Part shown: piece after piece, positions 20,500-31,560 of the stretch
Layout of the letters: each line of letters opens with the position of its first letter
Numbering within the stretch: the first letter of the stretch is position 1
Source of the DNA: an uncultured Methanoregulaceae archaeon
GTDB taxonomy: Archaea > Halobacteriota > Methanomicrobia > Methanomicrobiales > Methanospirillaceae
NCBI GenBank assembly: GCA_963841015.1
Contig: CAWJAX010000005.1
Location: 512,001 to 576,000 of the forward strand
Length of the DNA stretch: 64,000 nucleotides
Direction of reading: 5' to 3'
Translations under genes and position numbers: made by a program
The notes under the pieces: model-generated
Seen by the model: the letters and a program-made list of their open reading frames with translations, nothing else
Database searches by the model: none
Told to the model about the DNA's origin: nothing

Positions 20500-20928
20500 G
20501 TGATTACTGTGGAAGATGATATTACAATCCAGCTGGTTCGGGACTGGGATGAGGTGGATATCGTAAACCTGTACCGTGCCGGCGGCTGGTGGAAGGAGGA
20601 GTACAACCCAAGGGAGCTACCCCGTCTGATCCGGGGTAGTTTCCTGTTTGTCGTTGCGATTGATGTGAAAACCGGTCATGCTGTAGGAATGGGAAGAGTC
20701 ATATCCGATGGGGTTTCCGATGGTTATATTCAGGATCTTGTTGTGCTTCCGGAATACCGCAAAACCGGGATCGGAGCCCGGATCATTTCAACATTAGTAA
20801 AAAAATGCGTTGAAAGGGGAATTTCCTGGATTGGTATTATAGCAGAACCAGATACTGAAAAATTTTACCTGCCTCTCGGATTCCACCCCATGGAAGGACA
20901 CGTTCCGCTGAAATTCCGGAGTGATTAA
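20500..20928 (+). CDS. GNAT-family N-acetyltransferase
   Basis: IQDLVVLPEYRKTGIG acetyl-CoA motif A, FY..LGF. Confidence 0.9.
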   Translation: MITVEDDITIQLVRDWDEVDIVNLYRAGGWWKEEYNPRELPRLIRGSFLFVVAIDVKTGHAVGMGRVISDGVSDGYIQDLVVLPEYRKTGIGARIISTLVKKCVERGISWIGIIAEPDTEKFYLPLGFHPMEGHVPLKFRSD

Positions 20929-20931
20929 GTG

Positions 20932-21825
20932 ATGCTTACCCAGGAAAATTTCAAACCCGTTACTCTTTCGGATAGGGCTTTTTTTGAGCGGCACTATGCA
21001 CAATATCCGCAGACACATAGTGACAACACGTTCACGAATATGGTCTGCTGGAACCATTACGCACACTACCAGTATGCCTATGTACAAAAAAATCTCATCA
21101 TCGCAAGCACCATTGATGGTGTCACCCGGTTTCGTCCCCCTATCGGTCCAAGGGATCCCACCCTCCTCCGGTCGCTGATACGGCTGGCATCGGATATAAG
21201 CGATAATGAACCAATCGTGCTGATAGATCCTGATACCGCCAGCTGGATGCGTGAAATCTGTCCTGGTATAAATCTCATTCCTGACCGTAATCATTTTGAA
21301 TACGTGTACCGATCTGCAGACCTTGCCGATCTACCCGGCAAGAATTATCTGACTATCCGTCGCCAGATAAGCAAATTCCGTCGCAACTGCACCAGCTCGG
21401 TTGAGCAGATTACCCGGGATAACTGGGAGGAGGTAAAACGATTCCTGATCGAATGGTGCGAATGGAAAGGGTGTGAAAACGATAAGGTTCTCGCACATGA
21501 AAAGGAAGCGGTTTTTTTCGCTATTGATCACTTTGACGAACTGGCGATCAAGGGAATGATCATACGGGTCTTTTCAAAAATAGGTGCAATGGCCCTGTTT
21601 GAACACCTCAATGCGGATACTGCATTGGTACATTTTGAAAAAGGGCTGCCTGATTGCGAAGGGATCTATAAAGTCATAAATGCTGAAACTGCAACATTTC
21701 TGTCGAAAAAATACCCCTACCTTAACCGGGAAAGTGATCTTGGTATACCCGGGCTCCGTGAGGCAAAAATGCGCTATCATCCTCATCATATGGTTGAGGT
21801 TTATTCTCTGAAGCGTGATTCCTGA
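20932..21825 (+). CDS. DUF2156 (aminoacyl-phosphatidylglycerol synthase C-terminal-like) protein
   Basis: SDNTFTN, EYVY...LADLPGK, VHFEKG, NRESDLGIPGLREAK..YHP. Confidence 0.8.
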   Translation: MLTQENFKPVTLSDRAFFERHYAQYPQTHSDNTFTNMVCWNHYAHYQYAYVQKNLIIASTIDGVTRFRPPIGPRDPTLLRSLIRLASDISDNEPIVLIDPDTASWMREICPGINLIPDRNHFEYVYRSADLADLPGKNYLTIRRQISKFRRNCTSSVEQITRDNWEEVKRFLIEWCEWKGCENDKVLAHEKEAVFFAIDHFDELAIKGMIIRVFSKIGAMALFEHLNADTALVHFEKGLPDCEGIYKVINAETATFLSKKYPYLNRESDLGIPGLREAKMRYHPHHMVEVYSLKRDS

Positions 21826-21945
21826 TAACATAGTGCTGACGACAGGTTTTGCCGGAAAAATTTCCCGGATTTTGGTTTGACAATATTGCGTCTGTTGCTC
21901 CACGTTTGACAGAACAGACGCATTTTGTTAAAAATCTGGCTCTGT

Positions 21946-22103
21946 GATGCTGGTATGAATGAAGGAGGGGACAGTACCTGTCACCCCATGCCGCCTCTGC
22001 GCTGAGCGATGATGACGTAGCACCGGTTCGGGAGCTATCGCATCGGGGGGCCATAGTGGCGGGGGTGAAACCCCCCTGAGCGTTTCAGCTTGTAATTGAG
22101 CAT
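21946..22103 (-). repeat. Dispersed palindromic repeat family A, copy 2
   Basis: Reverse complement of 606-763 with scattered substitutions. Confidence 0.85.
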
Positions 22104-22164
22104 ATCCCATGAAAATCAACGTATTCAGATATAATATGGGGATTGCTGCTACTCTCTGTCTCAG

Positions 22165-22335
22165 ACACGATGATTGCCGCCGCCCCCGACGGGGTGCCGG
22201 GGCGGCGGATTGGTAAGCAAAATTCAAAAAAAGTCCCTGCCCCGCCGTGCCTCGCAGAGGCCCTGAGGCGGGAGTCTATCGTATTAATTAAGATTTTCAT
22301 GGATCGGGAGTGAACCCGATGAGTTCATACCCGTT
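22165..22335. repeat. GC-rich multi-hairpin intergenic element
   Basis: CCGCCGCCCC..GGGGCGGCGG, CCCGCC-GCCTC-gca-GAGGC-GGCGGG and CGGG-GTGAAC..GTTCAT-CCCG stems. Single copy in this window. Confidence 0.45.
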
Positions 22336-22544
22336 TCTACAGAGCAAAGAATCCAAGATTCTTCAGGATTGAATTTCTTCCTGTGGGTTTATTAAAATGG
22401 TCATGGGATAAAAAATTTTGGAAATGTGGCTCTCGAGAAATTTTTTTGCCATGATATGAAATACAAAGCACTGGAATAATGAAGGAGGGGCCCTACCTGT
22501 CCCCCGATGTCTTCCTTAAAGCAGGGAGAGTCTTAAAAAATGCG

Positions 22545-23141
22545 TTATACTGCTGCCATATACGCCATGATACCTGATGCTATAATATTAACCGCAATAG
22601 CGGCCACCAGCATTCCAAGGACTTTTCCCATGATATCGGTCACAACATCTCCTAAAATGCGCTGGATGTATTCCGAATAGTACAGAACGAGCCACGTGGC
22701 AATGAGGGAGAGGGTAATGGCAATTAATGGGACGAGGAATCCATAATCTTTTGAAAGAAGCATTACTGTTGTGATAGCACCCGGCCCACACAGAAGTGGT
22801 GTACCGATGACCACTCCGGCAGCAGTTGCTGAATGGTCTTTACAATGCCCGATTTCAATCCCCAGTGCTTCCTGAATCCCGAGAAGGAAAAGAAGAATTC
22901 CCCCGGCAATCTGGAAGCTGGCGATATTGAGCCCAAGGATATCAAAGATCATCTTATTGAAAATTAAGAAGAGATACATCAGCCCTCCTGCAACTGCAAC
23001 TGCGATGAACGCCTGTTTATGTATTTCAGCAGGTGTCTGACCTTTGGTCATTGCCGCAAAGATAGGCACGGACAGAAGCGGGTCAAGAATGATGAACAGG
23101 GCAGCAAAAGCATAAATGATTTCGGAAAGTATCTCCTGCAT
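22545..23141 (-). CDS. MarC-family membrane protein
   Basis: LFIILDPL, FQIAGGILL, GTPLLCGPGAITT. Confidence 0.92.
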   Translation of the reverse strand: MQEILSEIIYAFAALFIILDPLLSVPIFAAMTKGQTPAEIHKQAFIAVAVAGGLMYLFLIFNKMIFDILGLNIASFQIAGGILLFLLGIQEALGIEIGHCKDHSATAAGVVIGTPLLCGPGAITTVMLLSKDYGFLVPLIAITLSLIATWLVLYYSEYIQRILGDVVTDIMGKVLGMLVAAIAVNIIASGIMAYMAAV

Positions 23142-23226
23142 GGTCTGAATTATGATATAGGCTCTGATTGTGGATAAAATTGCGGGATCAGGGGTCGGTT
23201 TTTCATGTGCCGCAAGGGTACAATCT

Positions 23227-24387
23227 CTAAACGATAAAGTAAATAACGAGGATCGAAGCCGTTGAGATTGCTCCAGCGGCAGAAACCAGACGGGCTTTGA
23301 TATCGGTCACCAGCACCCATGAAGCAAGACAGAAAAAAATGTAGGGGACAAGCGTTGTGATCACGGAAATTGTCGCGAGCTGGTCAAAATGGTTGGAAAA
23401 GAGCAGGAGCGCTGCACTGATTACGCTTCCGGTGATGAGTGCATACACCGGAGTACCATGAAGGTTTAAATCCCTGATCTTAGGCACTGAAAACTGTGCG
23501 GACAGGGACTGGAGTATCCGTGAAGTTCCGATAATATAGGCGTTTATTGCCGAAAGCATTGCCACAATGCCGATTATTGCAATAAAGGTGCCTGAACGGT
23601 CAAAGACGATCGCAGCTGCAGTCGCAAGAGGAGCGGGTGATGCAGCAAGGGCTTGTGCACCAACACTGCCGATAAGGGCAACATTGAGAAGAAGATACAG
23701 TGACACTACAATACCCATGACCAGGATAAGCGATCGCCGGATAAGTTTTGGATCCCGCGTCTCTTCAACCATAATCGCGCTGATCTCAAAACCGGTAAAC
23801 GGCCAGTACACAATAATGATTGTGGCGAGGAAACCAGTGACAGTGACCGGAGTCTGGGGGACAAAATTATCTGCTTTTATGAACGGTATAAGAAGGAAAG
23901 AGAGGAGCACCAGGGGGATAATCTTGAGCGTAGTGAGGATATTTTCAGTCATCCCCGAAAGAGAGATTCCCCTGATGTTCAGCCAGCAGAATGCGCCAAT
24001 AATCACGATCTCGATGAGCAGAACGCTTGAGATGCCAAAATACGCAATGTACTGACCTATCCCTGCTGCAATAGTAGAGATGCCAAAAACAGAAGAAACA
24101 AGGTACAGTATGATAAGCAGGAACGCAAACCGGGTGCCGAATACCGAAGAGAAAAGTGAATAAAAACCATTGGATGACGTAAACCGGAAAGAAACATAGG
24201 CAAGGGAAAGGAGAACACAGGATGCAGACACGGCAACAATCAGCCATGCAAGCAGTGACCAGGGACCGCTGAGTTTCGCAGCCACTCCGGGAACAACGAA
24301 GATACCTGAACCAATGGTCCCTCCTACCCCGAGGCTGACGAGTTCAAACAATCCCAGCGATCGTTTGTACTTACCCTCCTCCGTCAT
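23227..24387 (-). CDS. APC-family amino acid permease
   Basis: GGTIGSGIF and FTGFE motifs; multi-TM hydrophobic pattern. Confidence 0.9.
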   Translation of the reverse strand: MTEEGKYKRSLGLFELVSLGVGGTIGSGIFVVPGVAAKLSGPWSLLAWLIVAVSASCVLLSLAYVSFRFTSSNGFYSLFSSVFGTRFAFLLIILYLVSSVFGISTIAAGIGQYIAYFGISSVLLIEIVIIGAFCWLNIRGISLSGMTENILTTLKIIPLVLLSFLLIPFIKADNFVPQTPVTVTGFLATIIIVYWPFTGFEISAIMVEETRDPKLIRRSLILVMGIVVSLYLLLNVALIGSVGAQALAASPAPLATAAAIVFDRSGTFIAIIGIVAMLSAINAYIIGTSRILQSLSAQFSVPKIRDLNLHGTPVYALITGSVISAALLLFSNHFDQLATISVITTLVPYIFFCLASWVLVTDIKARLVSAAGAISTASILVIYFIV

Positions 24388-24509
24388 ATTTCATCTTTCT
24401 TATTTGCATGAAACCAAATTTATAATAGCCGGTAATCTCCATTGTCAGCTATACCTGGCTCTTTAAAAAAAAGATGTTGATGAAGGGCTTTGGAAGGTGT
24501 GAATTTCTT

Positions 24510-24980
24510 ATGGTAAAAGCAGCAACACCCTCAAAAAAGAGCAGTGCGACCAAAAAACCGGTTGCAGCAAAAAAGAAAGTCGCAGCAAAAAAGAAAAGTG
24601 TCTCCCTGATGAGATACAAATGCAGGGTCTGCGGGTATGTCTATTCACCACTTCGCGGGGAGCCGCATAATGGTATTCCTGCAGGAACCGCGTTTGATGA
24701 TCTTCCTGACACCTACCTTTGCCCGGTCTGCGGATTTCAGGGAAAAGGCAAGGTTGGCAAGTGGGGTTTTGACGAATGGCGCCCGACACGCTATATCTGT
24801 TCCATGTGCGATTACATCTATGATGAAAAACGCGGGGAACCTCATCGTGGTATCAAACCCGGGACAAAATTTGAAGATCTTCCTGAAGATTATGTCTGTC
24901 CTGTCTGTGCAACCGATCCAAAAATTGTTTTACGGTATGGGAATGTTCTCAAGCAGGGTTTCTCCCCCCTGTATGAATGA
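24510..24980 (+). CDS. Two-domain rubredoxin with a Lys-rich N-terminal extension
   Basis: [23 protein letters not shown] and [27 protein letters not shown]. Confidence 0.9.
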   Translation: MVKAATPSKKSSATKKPVAAKKKVAAKKKSVSLMRYKCRVCGYVYSPLRGEPHNGIPAGTAFDDLPDTYLCPVCGFQGKGKVGKWGFDEWRPTRYICSMCDYIYDEKRGEPHRGIKPGTKFEDLPEDYVCPVCATDPKIVLRYGNVLKQGFSPLYE

Positions 24981-25537
24981 TTAATCAACTTCCCCTCTTT
25001 TTTTTATCATACAAGGAGATAGGCGTGTTTTTTTTTAAAGAATCACCCTCTTCCGGATTCAGGTGTTTTTGCCTGGTGTTTGGTTTTGGTACCTGATGCA
25101 TAAACTCACCGGCAGTTTATTTGACAAAAAAACAGGAATTAATGCCTGTTCTTTACTGCCCCGCGGTGAGGTCATTTTACCGATATACAATTGAATTGGT
25201 CTGATGTCCATACCTTCAGAAGTGTGTGGCGCAGTCTCCTGCCTCAAAGGGATGCAGGTACCCCCTTCTTAATTCGGACCTGGATAAAGTGAGGGGAGTA
25301 GCAAACCTGTGCCCGCTATGAGAGGCAATTCATCACCGAAGATCTTTCCATAGGACCAAACCAAAAAAAAACAGATCCTGAAAATTTCAGAGAAAAGATT
25401 TCCGGACCGAAGATATCAGTGGATCTCAACGCCGATGGATAACCGCTTCACTGTCCATATGTGATTATGGAAAGAAACCTAAAAGATTTCTCATCGGGAG
25501 AAAATAGCCCGCATCGAAAAGAAAATACAAAAAAAAT

Positions 25538-26576
25538 TTAGATGAGTTTGAAGATTGGGTGGTTTTCTGCTTTGCACTCGATACCCAGTTGACGGGTAGC
25601 CTCAAGGACCGTGATATCCGTGTAGGCCTGTGCGGTGATCATTGCTTCTACATTCTCGATGGGTCCGTACATAATCAGGTCTGCCCCAAGCGTGCTGGCA
25701 ATCATGTTGCAGCCAATATCGGGGGCTGACCATGCTGCCTGCTTGATGCCTTCCATTCCGCCGAGGTAGTGGTGGGACATCTGCTGGAGGAGGAGATCTT
25801 TGCCCTTGTATCCTTCTGCGAGTACCTGAGGGGGTCTTGCTTGTTCCCTTCCAGCGTTTGAGCCAGGTCCAGGAAACCGTCATGTTATGGTAGGCACCAC
25901 CGGTCGGGTAGCCGTGAATTGCCTTGCATGCAAGGATCTCACGGTATGAACCACCGCTTCCAAGACCGAGCGGTGTTGCTGCAGTGTCGAGAATCGGGCG
26001 TTTGATACCGCAATATTCTGCAATCTCCAGCATACCCTTGGCCTGTCCGGCAACGCCACCCTCAACAAGAACCTTCTCCCTGCCGACAACGGATGGGTCA
26101 GCCGGGTTGAAGGCGAGGACGATGGCTGCATCGACGTCACTGTTCTTCAGTGCTTCGATGCTTTCGGGAAGGATCGAACCGTTGATCGAGTTGTAGATCG
26201 CACGGTGTGCAAGCCCGACATCAGTCACATACTTGCATGCGTGGGCAAGTGCCTTGGGAACTGATGAGTCCATCAGGAAGGCAGTCTTGTTGTCAATGCT
26301 GTCGAACCAGCTGATATAACTCTCGAATGCTTCCCCGTATTCCGCGATAATCTGGATGAAGTGCGGGATACCAGTCAGGTCAGAGAGGACCTGACAGCGG
26401 TTCCAGAGCGCCTCTGCTTTTGCCTTGTCAATAGTTCCTTTGTGGTCGTCAAGCACCACTTCGTGCTTGTTATAGAAGATTGAGGCACCCAATACCGTCG
26501 GGTACTCCCCGGGTTGTCCACCGATCTTGGTGCCGTTGAAGTCCCAGACACTCTGTTCTTTTTCAAATTTGAACAT
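25538..26576 (-). CDS. mtrH: Methyl-H4MPT:CoM methyltransferase subunit H (frameshift near 25825)
   Basis: MFKFEKEQ, GGQPGEYPTVL; the C-terminus (YGPIEN, HPIFKLI) lies in ORF 25538-25780. Confidence 0.95.
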
Positions 26577-26592
26577 GTTATTTTACACCTCC

Positions 26593-27330
26593 TTATACCA
26601 ATGTCATCAATTTCTGGTACAAAAACAACAGCATCACAAATACGGTTAGTCCTGCGACCAGGCCGTAGAGTATGCCGATATCTCGTCCGATCTTTCTTCC
26701 AACACGCTGCGCAACCTCAGCATCAACGAACTCAAGCTGCTTCTCGATCTTATCGAGTCGCTTCTCAATTTCGAGGAACTGGGGATTTGCACCTGCGGCA
26801 GCAGTCTCAACCCCACCTGCAGCTTCCTTGACCTCTACGACAATGGCATCAGCAGCGAACGCACCCGGGTCACGGGCTTTGAGTTCGTTGATTTTTGCCT
26901 TGATTACGTTGAGGTCTTCGCTTTCCATGATGTTGACGATTTCCGTCTGTTCCTGGAAGCGCTTGATGGCTGCATCATTGAGGTTCTCGATGAAAGGAAT
27001 AGCACCTTCAGCACCGACAACTCTGCCTTCCTTGACACCGCCTTTATGGAGTGCCCCGAATGTCTGGCCGGATAGGTGGCCTTTGACTTCGGTACCGCAG
27101 AACAGCATGAACCTGATGTTGGGGTTGGCGATGACGTTGGCGATGACCTTTTCAAGACCGAGGTTTTCAGTCTTACAGGAACCGCACAATGCCGCACCTG
27201 CGTCACAGATGCCTTTTTCGTCGAGGTGTGAACCCATAGTGACAACAGCCACCGGACTGTTTGCGTCACCTGCGTAGAAGTCACCCTTGACGAGCGGCCA
27301 GCCACTTGCTGGTGATTTCTTGTCTGCCAT
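26593..27330 (-). CDS. mtrA: MtrA-MtrG fusion protein
   Basis: MtrA corrinoid domain (CKTENLG, EVKGH) fused to an MtrG tail ([11 protein letters not shown]...[17 protein letters not shown]). Confidence 0.93.
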   Translation of the reverse strand: MADKKSPASGWPLVKGDFYAGDANSPVAVVTMGSHLDEKGICDAGAALCGSCKTENLGLEKVIANVIANPNIRFMLFCGTEVKGHLSGQTFGALHKGGVKEGRVVGAEGAIPFIENLNDAAIKRFQEQTEIVNIMESEDLNVIKAKINELKARDPGAFAADAIVVEVKEAAGGVETAAAGANPQFLEIEKRLDKIEKQLEFVDAEVAQRVGRKIGRDIGILYGLVAGLTVFVMLLFLYQKLMTLV

Positions 27331-27339
27331 TTTTCCACC

Positions 27340-27543
27340 TCATCCCACCAGTAATACCGGCAATACAATCAGGATCAATGCACAGAGCAATCCTGCCATG
27401 AACCCGATTATACCGTTCGCGCCGACTGCCGAGTCAATTTTATTGGTCCGTGCCAGGATTTGTGATTTATAGCGGATGTTTTCCACCATGTTTTCAATCG
27501 CAACCATCCTGACTGGTCCTGTATTCTTTGCGTCTTCTCCCAT
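27340..27543 (-). CDS. mtrF: Mtr subunit F
   Basis: VENIRYKSQILAR..KIDS plus a C-terminal TM helix. Confidence 0.9.
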   Translation of the reverse strand: MGEDAKNTGPVRMVAIENMVENIRYKSQILARTNKIDSAVGANGIIGFMAGLLCALILIVLPVLLVG

Positions 27544-27548
27544 CTCTT

Positions 27549-28271
27549 TCACCTCATCATCAGGAATCCGACCAGGGCGAACGAGACGATCAGACCGATC
27601 ATCAGGCCTTCGATCTTACCTGCATAGACCCCGGCAGCAAATTTGTCCCGGTATCCGATATTCGTCACCATTTTTTCGATGACTTTCATGCGGGCAGTGA
27701 TAAGTGCCATTTCACCGGACAACGGGCGGACTTCGCCACCAGTCTCTTCTGCACCACCTGCAGCTTCCTTGACCTCTACGACAATGGCATCAGCAGCGAA
27801 CGCACCCGGGTCACGGGCTTTGAGTTCGTTGATTTTTGCCTTGATTACGTTGAGGTCTTCGCTTTCCATGATGTTGACGATTTCCGTCTGTTCCTGGAAA
27901 CGCTTGATAGCTGCATCATTGAGGTTCTCGATGAAGGGAATAGCCCCTTCAGCACCGACGACCCTGCCTTCCTTGACACCGCCTTTGTGGAGTGCCCCGA
28001 ATGTCTGGCCGGATAGGTGGCCTTTGACTTCGGTACCGCAGAACAGCATGAACCTGATGTTGGGGTTGGCGATGACGTTGGCGATGACCTTTTCAAGACC
28101 GAGGTTTTCAGTCTTACAGGAACCGCACAATGCCGCACCTGCATCACAGATGCCTTTTTCGTCGAGGTGTGAACCCATGGTGACAACAGCCACCGGGCTG
28201 TTTGCGTCGCCTGCGTAGAAGTCACCCTTGACGAGCGGCCAGCCACTTGCTGGTGATTTCTTGTCTGCCAT
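27549..28271 (-). CDS. mtrA: Mtr subunit A
   Basis: [24 protein letters not shown] tail. Confidence 0.96.
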   Translation of the reverse strand: MADKKSPASGWPLVKGDFYAGDANSPVAVVTMGSHLDEKGICDAGAALCGSCKTENLGLEKVIANVIANPNIRFMLFCGTEVKGHLSGQTFGALHKGGVKEGRVVGAEGAIPFIENLNDAAIKRFQEQTEIVNIMESEDLNVIKAKINELKARDPGAFAADAIVVEVKEAAGGAEETGGEVRPLSGEMALITARMKVIEKMVTNIGYRDKFAAGVYAGKIEGLMIGLIVSFALVGFLMMR

Positions 28272-28272
28272 A

Positions 28273-28566
28273 TCAGCCCACCTTTATCATTTGGAATGCA
28301 ATGATTCCGGCGATGAATAGTCCGATTGCAAGCCCGTACCAGAATGAGGTAATAGCACCACCGATCTTGAGACCGTTCTCCCTGTTGGGGAATGATGCAA
28401 GCAGATTGCCTGTCCCCGAGAGCATGTTGATAAGGTCATCGCTTGTTGCTTCAAGGATAGCCACCTTTTCAAGCACGGGTGAGAGCGATTCCCCGGCTGA
28501 GGTCACGAGTCCCACAAGGGGATCTGCGACAAGCCCGAATTCCGGAAGTACCTGAATGTATGCCAT
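28273..28566 (-). CDS. mtrB: Mtr subunit B
   Basis: [19 protein letters not shown]. Confidence 0.92.
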   Translation of the reverse strand: MAYIQVLPEFGLVADPLVGLVTSAGESLSPVLEKVAILEATSDDLINMLSGTGNLLASFPNRENGLKIGGAITSFWYGLAIGLFIAGIIAFQMIKVG

Positions 28567-28567
28567 G

Positions 28568-29422
28568 TCAGTGTCCCTCCATCTCAGGAATCGGCTTTGC
28601 ATCAAGCCATGCAGCGGCATCGCGCTTTGACAGGCAGATATACTGGTTGTAGGTGTATGCCCACCCGATAATTCCAACAATCAGCGATATGACTGCAGCC
28701 CCCACGCTGATGAGCGCAAAGGACATGAATGCCGCGACGATCATGCTTAAAAAACCACATTCTGCGGTCAACATGAGCATCCGGTCCTGTTTCCAGCCAG
28801 GTCCGAGAGTTGCGTTGAACGGGTGCTGGATTGCGATAGCTCCCAGCAGGAATGCAACGGCGATAAGTGCGCCACCGATGAATGAGTTCTCGGTAGAGGT
28901 TATGGATAACCCGAGCATCGAGACTTCGCCTGTGGTCAGGCCGGCAAAGGTGAATCCACCGGTCATCAGTGCTGCGAATCCCATGAGAGAAAGTGCACCG
29001 ACTATTGCCATCTCGGTAAGTGCCTGGACCATTGCCGGGATCTTCATGTTCAGGATATTATTTGAAATATACCCGAGGATGAACCCGACAAAAGCTGCGA
29101 GAAGAGTTGCTACGATTGGAGCTGCCATACCGAATATTGGTTTAGTGGCAAGCACCATTGCAATGACACCGGAACCGAATGCGATCATACCTGCTGACGG
29201 AACACCGGTACCAATACCGTAACTGCACAGCACCTTGATAGTGTGGCTTCCCCAGATCAATGCGATAACCATCGCAAGTCCACCAAAGAATGCGAACATT
29301 TCGGTGTTGGTGAGCACGTTGAGGTACGTCAGGTAGAGGCACACAAGTGTGCCCACGAGTCCCCCAATCATGATCTTCTGGTGAGGAATGCCCCCTTCAA
29401 TTACTTCAATTTTTACTGACAT
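28568..29422 (-). CDS. mtrC: Mtr subunit C
   Basis: SYGIGTGVPS, HPFNA.LGP, KRDAA. Confidence 0.95.
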   Translation of the reverse strand: MSVKIEVIEGGIPHQKIMIGGLVGTLVCLYLTYLNVLTNTEMFAFFGGLAMVIALIWGSHTIKVLCSYGIGTGVPSAGMIAFGSGVIAMVLATKPIFGMAAPIVATLLAAFVGFILGYISNNILNMKIPAMVQALTEMAIVGALSLMGFAALMTGGFTFAGLTTGEVSMLGLSITSTENSFIGGALIAVAFLLGAIAIQHPFNATLGPGWKQDRMLMLTAECGFLSMIVAAFMSFALISVGAAVISLIVGIIGWAYTYNQYICLSKRDAAAWLDAKPIPEMEGH

Positions 29423-29432
29423 CTTCAACACC

Positions 29433-30267
29433 TCAAATTGCAACGATCAGGATAGCCAGAAAACCGCAGAGGGCTGATGCGACAGCGGATGCAACGATTG
29501 CCCGTGGCCAGCGCTTGAATTTCGGGTCGTGGGGTCCTTCGATGGTTCCCGTGATGTTATATGCGGTCAGCACTGCATTCACGAGGAACAAACCAACAGC
29601 GAAAATACCTGCGGCTGAAACTGCAATTGGCATCACCTGTTCGGGACGCATACTCATAACGGCCGGGAGCGTTGCCTCGTAGAGGGTAAGAAGCTGCAGG
29701 TAAATGATTGTACCGCCAGCGCCTCCGAGAAAACCCCCGATGACACCACCGACGAATGATACAAACGGAAGACCGTGACCTTCAGTTCCCTGGGATTTGA
29801 ATTCCTTCTGTGAATCTCCGGTGATGGGGTCATTAAGGACTTTACCTGATGCTGCAGGAATACCCATGCCGAAAACATAGACGTAATTCACCATCATACA
29901 GGTAATGGCCATCATGAGTCCGCCACCGACTCCACCGGTTATTGTCGCGACGACAAGACCCTGTTCAGCAGCCCATGCACCGCCAAAGAGCCCTGCGAGA
30001 CCAGCACCAGTCTGCAAGCATCGCTACACCAGTTGCGATACCGGGTGCCTGCCCCATTGCTGCGGGAGCACCACCGACCGGCACGAAGTGTGTACCGAAT
30101 CCAATCAGGACCCCGCCGATGATGATACCGATCAGGGCCGTGATTCCCAGACCGGGTGAGATAGCGTATGCCAGACCAATGATGATAATCAGCATGACAA
30201 CGCCGACTGCCATCGCGGCCGGGTTCACAGCGCCGCCAGCCTGTGGTTTTGCTGCAACTGCGCTCAT
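29433..30267 (-). CDS. mtrD: Mtr subunit D (frameshift near 30010)
   Basis: HFVPVGGAPAAM in ORF 29965-30267; DPITGD, GTEGHGLP and GTIEGPHDPKFK in ORF 29433-30017. Confidence 0.93.
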
Positions 30268-31164
30268 GAGGATGCCTCCTTGACTTCAGTGTACGGGCCG
30301 TAGTTCTTGCGTGCCCAGACCTCAATGTACCGGTCGATGACCGTGAAGATGAGGATCATCAGGACACCGACAACGATTGCACCCCAGCCGGCACTGACCT
30401 GTTCAAAGAGAACCTGTACGCCAGATTTCCAGGAACACAATCAGACCAAAACAGACTCCTGATGCTGAACCACCAATCTTTGCGGTAAACCATCCGTTGT
30501 CCAGTGAGTTGCGTTCGCCGGCTTCAGCGTACCGGACGATGTTCCCCGATGCTGAGATCGGGACACCTGCACCGAACTTCTGGTTCTGGTACTGGCGTTC
30601 CTTTCCATAGTACGGGTTGCCTGTCGCAGAACCTGCTGCACCAAGTGCAATACCCCAGATCAGACCGAGCAGCGGCAGCGGGAACGGGTGTCCCAGTGCA
30701 CCGTTGATCAGGTGACAGAGTGTTACTACACAGAATATTGCGATAAAGGCATGTGCCATTGTGACCGATGTCATGGACTTGAGAACGTCCACGTAGACCG
30801 GCTGACCGAACTTGGCGAGACTTGCTGTCCTGCCAAGATACGCGGTTGTTGCATAGACGCCCTGTACAAAGACTGCGAGTACACAGCCAAGGACAATTGC
30901 GAGAACCGCGTTAATCTGCATCGCCATAAAAGCCCAGGCCAGACCTGCGCCGAGTGCACACCAGAGACCGTATGCTGGGGGTTCACCGGCAACCGCCTTA
31001 TTGAAGATGCGGTGCACGAAACCCATCTGCGGTGCGAGCTGAACCTGTGAGTTCGGGTCACCCTGGGACCCGATGTTGGATTCAGTATCTTCCGCAGAAC
31101 CGGCTATAGTGGCAAGAGCTCCTGTCAATGCAGTAATTCCAATGCCAAATACAATTTGTTCCAT
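30264..31164 (-). CDS. mtrE: Mtr subunit E (frameshift near 30405)
   Basis: GSQGDPNSQVQLAPQMG and GEPP motifs; the C-terminus ...DRYIEVWARKNYGPY...EASS* is in a shifted frame ending at 30264. Confidence 0.94.
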
Positions 31165-31261
31165 TTAGCCTCCTCCCTACGTGCGAATGCACGAGAGTAT
31201 TCAAAATGCAATGCCACGCACATTGAGTTAAAACTCTTTGTGGTTAGTGTAAAATTGGTGA

Positions 31262-31285
31262 GAGCTTAATTAAAAGGTTTCGAAA
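31262..31285 (-). promoter_or_regulatory. Probable mtr promoter (BRE/TATA)
   Basis: Minus strand CGAAACC-TTTTAATTAA about 100 nt upstream of mtrE; GGAGGAGG RBS before the ATG. Confidence 0.45.
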
Positions 31286-31560
31286 CTTAATTTTCGAGAT
31301 CGCACTGTAAATCGCCCGAATTATAAAACCAGCGATAATATTGGTTTATTTAATCATGTAAATTTACTTTAACGAAAAAAAAGTTGAGTTAATGTGATCA
31401 TCGGGTTTTTTCTGTGCCATACTCCTTAAAATTCAGTTATCTTATCCAAGGAGGGCAAATGGTACTGTCTCTCCTTGAATTTAGGAATCCCGGGAATATT
31501 CCCCTGGCCCGTCCTGAGAGAATGGAATCGTAGGAAAAATTGAATTTTTTTTTAATTGTA

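Larger units (their letters stand above)
26813..28271. repeat. ~518-nt near-identical direct repeat (the two mtrA domains: 26813-27330 and 27754-28271)
   Basis: Identical protein for ~172 aa; about a dozen synonymous nucleotide differences by eye. Confidence 0.9.
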
